DNA of 19,636 nucleotides from Caedibacter taeniospiralis. GTDB taxonomy: Bacteria > Pseudomonadota > Gammaproteobacteria > Francisellales > Francisellaceae. Position numbers and translations under genes: made by a program. The stretch spans positions 82,265 to 101,900 of the forward strand of contig NZ_PGGB02000004.1 of the NCBI RefSeq assembly GCF_002803295.2, given 5' to 3'. The stretch's first letter is position 1; every line of letters begins with the position of its first letter. Below the pieces are notes generated by a model. It was not told the DNA's origin. It did no database searches and saw only the letters and a list, made by a program, of their open reading frames with translations. Of the stretch, positions 16,437 to 19,636 are shown in pieces.

Positions 16437-16768
16437 CTCTGACTGCTTGTACGCAAACGGTTTCAGGTTCTATTTCACTCCCCTCATCGGGGTTCTTTTC
16501 GCCTTTCCCTCACGGTACTGGTTCACTATCGGTCAGTCAGTAGTATTTAGCCTTGGAGGATGGTCCCCCCTTCTTCAAACAGGATTTCTCGTGTCCCGCC
16601 CTACTTATTCGTATACCTAGTTCCACATCCAAGCTTTCGTCTACAGGACTATCACCTGCTATGGTCATCCTTCCCAGAATGTTCGACTAACTCACATGCT
16701 AAAGTATACCAGGCTCTTCCCCCTTCGCTCGCCGCTACTTAGGGAATCTCGGTTGATTTCTTTTCCTA

Positions 16769-16799
<31 letters not shown>

Positions 16800-16870
16800 C
16801 GCCTCACTTAACTTACGTCAGTGATACCCCACTCTTAAAATACTCATTCATGCACAAATTACACCCTCTA

Positions 16871-16943
16871 CTCACTCTAGTTTCTAGTTTCCAATCTCTA
16901 GTTTCTCGAAATGAATAAAGTGCTGAGCACTTTATGAGTGAGG
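16871..16943. repeat. Insert in 23S domain I (H9/H10 area) containing a solo heptamer arm
   Basis: CTCACTC (16871-16877) pairs with GAGTGAG (16937-16943). Inside are CTAGTTT CTAGTTT CCAATCT CTAGTTT (16877-16904) and a small hairpin AAAGTGC-TGA-GCACTTT. No complementary heptamer arm is present. The region is about 90 nt longer than E. coli 23S at about 130-180. Confidence 0.6.
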
Positions 16944-17089
16944 TGGGTTCCCCCATTCAGATATCTTCGGATCAATGCTTATTTGCCAGCTCCCCGAAGC
17001 TTTTCGCAGGCTATCACGTCTTTCCTCGCCTCTGACTGCCAAGGCATCCGCCGTTTGCGCTTATTCTCTTGGTCATTACTCTATAATAA

Positions 17090-17102
17090 ATTGTTAAAGA
17101 TC
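17090..17102 (-). promoter_or_regulatory. boxA-like antitermination element in the 23S leader
   Basis: The minus strand reads GATCTTTAACAAT, against the rrn boxA consensus TGCTCTTTAACAA. This is the usual position just upstream of the 23S processing stem. Confidence 0.5.
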
Positions 17103-17107
17103 TCGGC

Positions 17108-17249
17108 TCTAGATACTAGAACGCTCGCTGCGCTTACTCTAGAAACTAGAAACCAGACTCGAATCGCTTCGCGATGATTCATTTAAAAAATCATCTCGCA
17201 CAGCAAGATTCAATCCCTAGTTTCTAGTCTCTTGACACTAGTCTCTAGA
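17108..17249. mobile_element. Heptamer-armed element, spacer copy a (tRNA-Ala to 23S)
   Basis: 142 bp, identical by eye to 17326-17467. Outer arms TCTAGATACTAGA / TAGTCTCTAGA. Inner arms CTAGAAACTAGAAACC / CCCTAGTTTCTAGTCTC. Core GAATCGCTTCGCGATGATTCATTTAAAAAATCATCTCGCACAGCAAGATTC. Confidence 0.85.
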
Positions 17250-17325
17250 TGGTGGAGCCAAGGAGGATCGAACTCCTGACCTCCTGCGTGCAAAGCAGGC
17301 GCTCTCCCAGCTGAGCTATGGCCCC
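17250..17325 (-). tRNA. tRNA-Ala (anticodon TGC), CCA encoded
   Basis: The reverse complement is GGGGCCATAGCTCAGCTGGGAGAGCGCCTGCTTTGCACGCAGGAGGTCAGGAGTTCGATCCTCCTTGGCTCCACCA. It has the G3:U70 identity pair and a cloverleaf very close to E. coli tRNA-Ala(UGC). Confidence 0.97.
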
Positions 17326-17467
17326 TCTAGATACTAGAACGCTCGCTGCGCTTACTCTAGAAACTAGAAACCAGACTCGAATCGCTTCGCGATGATTCAT
17401 TTAAAAAATCATCTCGCACAGCAAGATTCAATCCCTAGTTTCTAGTCTCTTGACACTAGTCTCTAGA
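17326..17467. mobile_element. Heptamer-armed element, spacer copy b (tRNA-Ile to tRNA-Ala)
   Basis: Identical to 17108-17249. It lies directly 3' of the tRNA-Ile CCA end in the transcript. Confidence 0.85.
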
Positions 17468-17544
<77 letters not shown>

Positions 17545-17545
17545 A

Positions 17546-17658
17546 CTAGATACTAGAGACTAGAGACTAGTTTCTAGAAGTATTCTAGTTTCTAGTCTCT
17601 AGTCTCTAGTCTCTAGTTTCTAGTTTCTAGTTTCTAGTCTCTAGTTTCTAGTCTCTAG
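17546..17658. repeat. Core-less heptamer array between 16S and tRNA-Ile
   Basis: CTAGATA CTAGAGA CTAGAGA CTAG (17546-17570), then TTTCTAG AAGTATT, then ten consecutive 7-bp units CTAGTTT/CTAGTCT starting at 17585, 17592 ... 17648, closed by CTAG (17655-17658). Confidence 0.9.
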
Positions 17659-17775
17659 AAAAAACATCATTTGTAAACACTCAAATACTTCTCGCTCTTT
17701 CTTAATTTCTTTCGTACTTCAAACATCAAAAATTCAACATTCAACATTAAAAATTCAACATCATACTCGTACCTT

Positions 17776-19411
<1,636 letters not shown>

Positions 19412-19636
19412 AAATCCTTAGATCATAACCACTTATATCAATTTTGAATGTTTAATTATGAATGTTAAATTTAAAATAACTCAACACACAATTAAACATT
19501 TAAAATTCAAAACTAACACAGTGACTACAATCCGCAATATTCTTCGCTCAAAGTATTCAAGTATCTACATCTTATATCTCTTTAAACATCTTCAAAAACC
19601 CACTACCTGGGCACCTGCACCGAACATTCTCAGCGA

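Noticed and set aside
17546-17658. Heptamer arrays as a CRISPR array
   Set aside because: The period is 7 bp with no spacers, and the units are contiguous and inverted-paired. This is incompatible with CRISPR repeat-spacer architecture.
19576-19590. boxA-like ATCTCTTTAAACATC in the region upstream of 16S
   Set aside because: The match to TGCTCTTTAACAA is on the plus strand, antisense to the rRNA transcript. The true leader boxA and the rrn promoters probably lie beyond the window end. I could not support any -35/-10 pair in 19412-19636.

Overview
About 40% GC bacterial chromosome. The gene content and the rRNA look gammaproteobacterial, possibly Legionellales/Coxiellaceae-like, but that placement is inference only.

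Positions 1-12.8 kb carry ordinary genes:
- a partial aspartokinase/homoserine dehydrogenase
- a vapBC toxin-antitoxin pair
- an outer-membrane beta-barrel protein and a DUF378 membrane protein
- rimO, followed by a CN-hydrolase homologue whose catalytic triad looks lost
- an acidic hypothetical protein, an aromatic amino-acid permease and a single-domain MGMT
- a secreted S/N/T-rich protein
- ubiG-gph plus a downstream hypothetical
- a decayed IS66-family transposase

Positions 12.85-19.41 kb hold a complete minus-strand rRNA operon: 16S, tRNA-Ile(GAT), tRNA-Ala(TGC), 23S, 5S and a terminator.

This operon is the notable part. It carries at least ten discrete insertions, each bounded by inverted repeats:
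- one in 16S helix 6
- three in the spacers
- six in 23S, at H9/10, H25, H45, H63, about the H68 tip, and H98. The 23S locus is 4062 bp.

Most insertions belong to one family. Their arms are tandem arrays of the heptamer CTAGANA, and the cargo between the arms varies:
- a conserved double-hairpin core of about 65 nt, found in both orientations
- a four-helix-bundle S23p/Avd-like ORF
- nothing at all

A second arm family (CCTRACCACTWAATT) bounds the H63 insert and an H68-region insert. The H68-region insert carries a frameshifted GIY-YIG nuclease ORF.

The operon is predicted to give highly fragmented rRNA or rRNA with bacterial expansion segments. It appears to be colonised by a small MITE-like palindromic element that I do not recognise as described.
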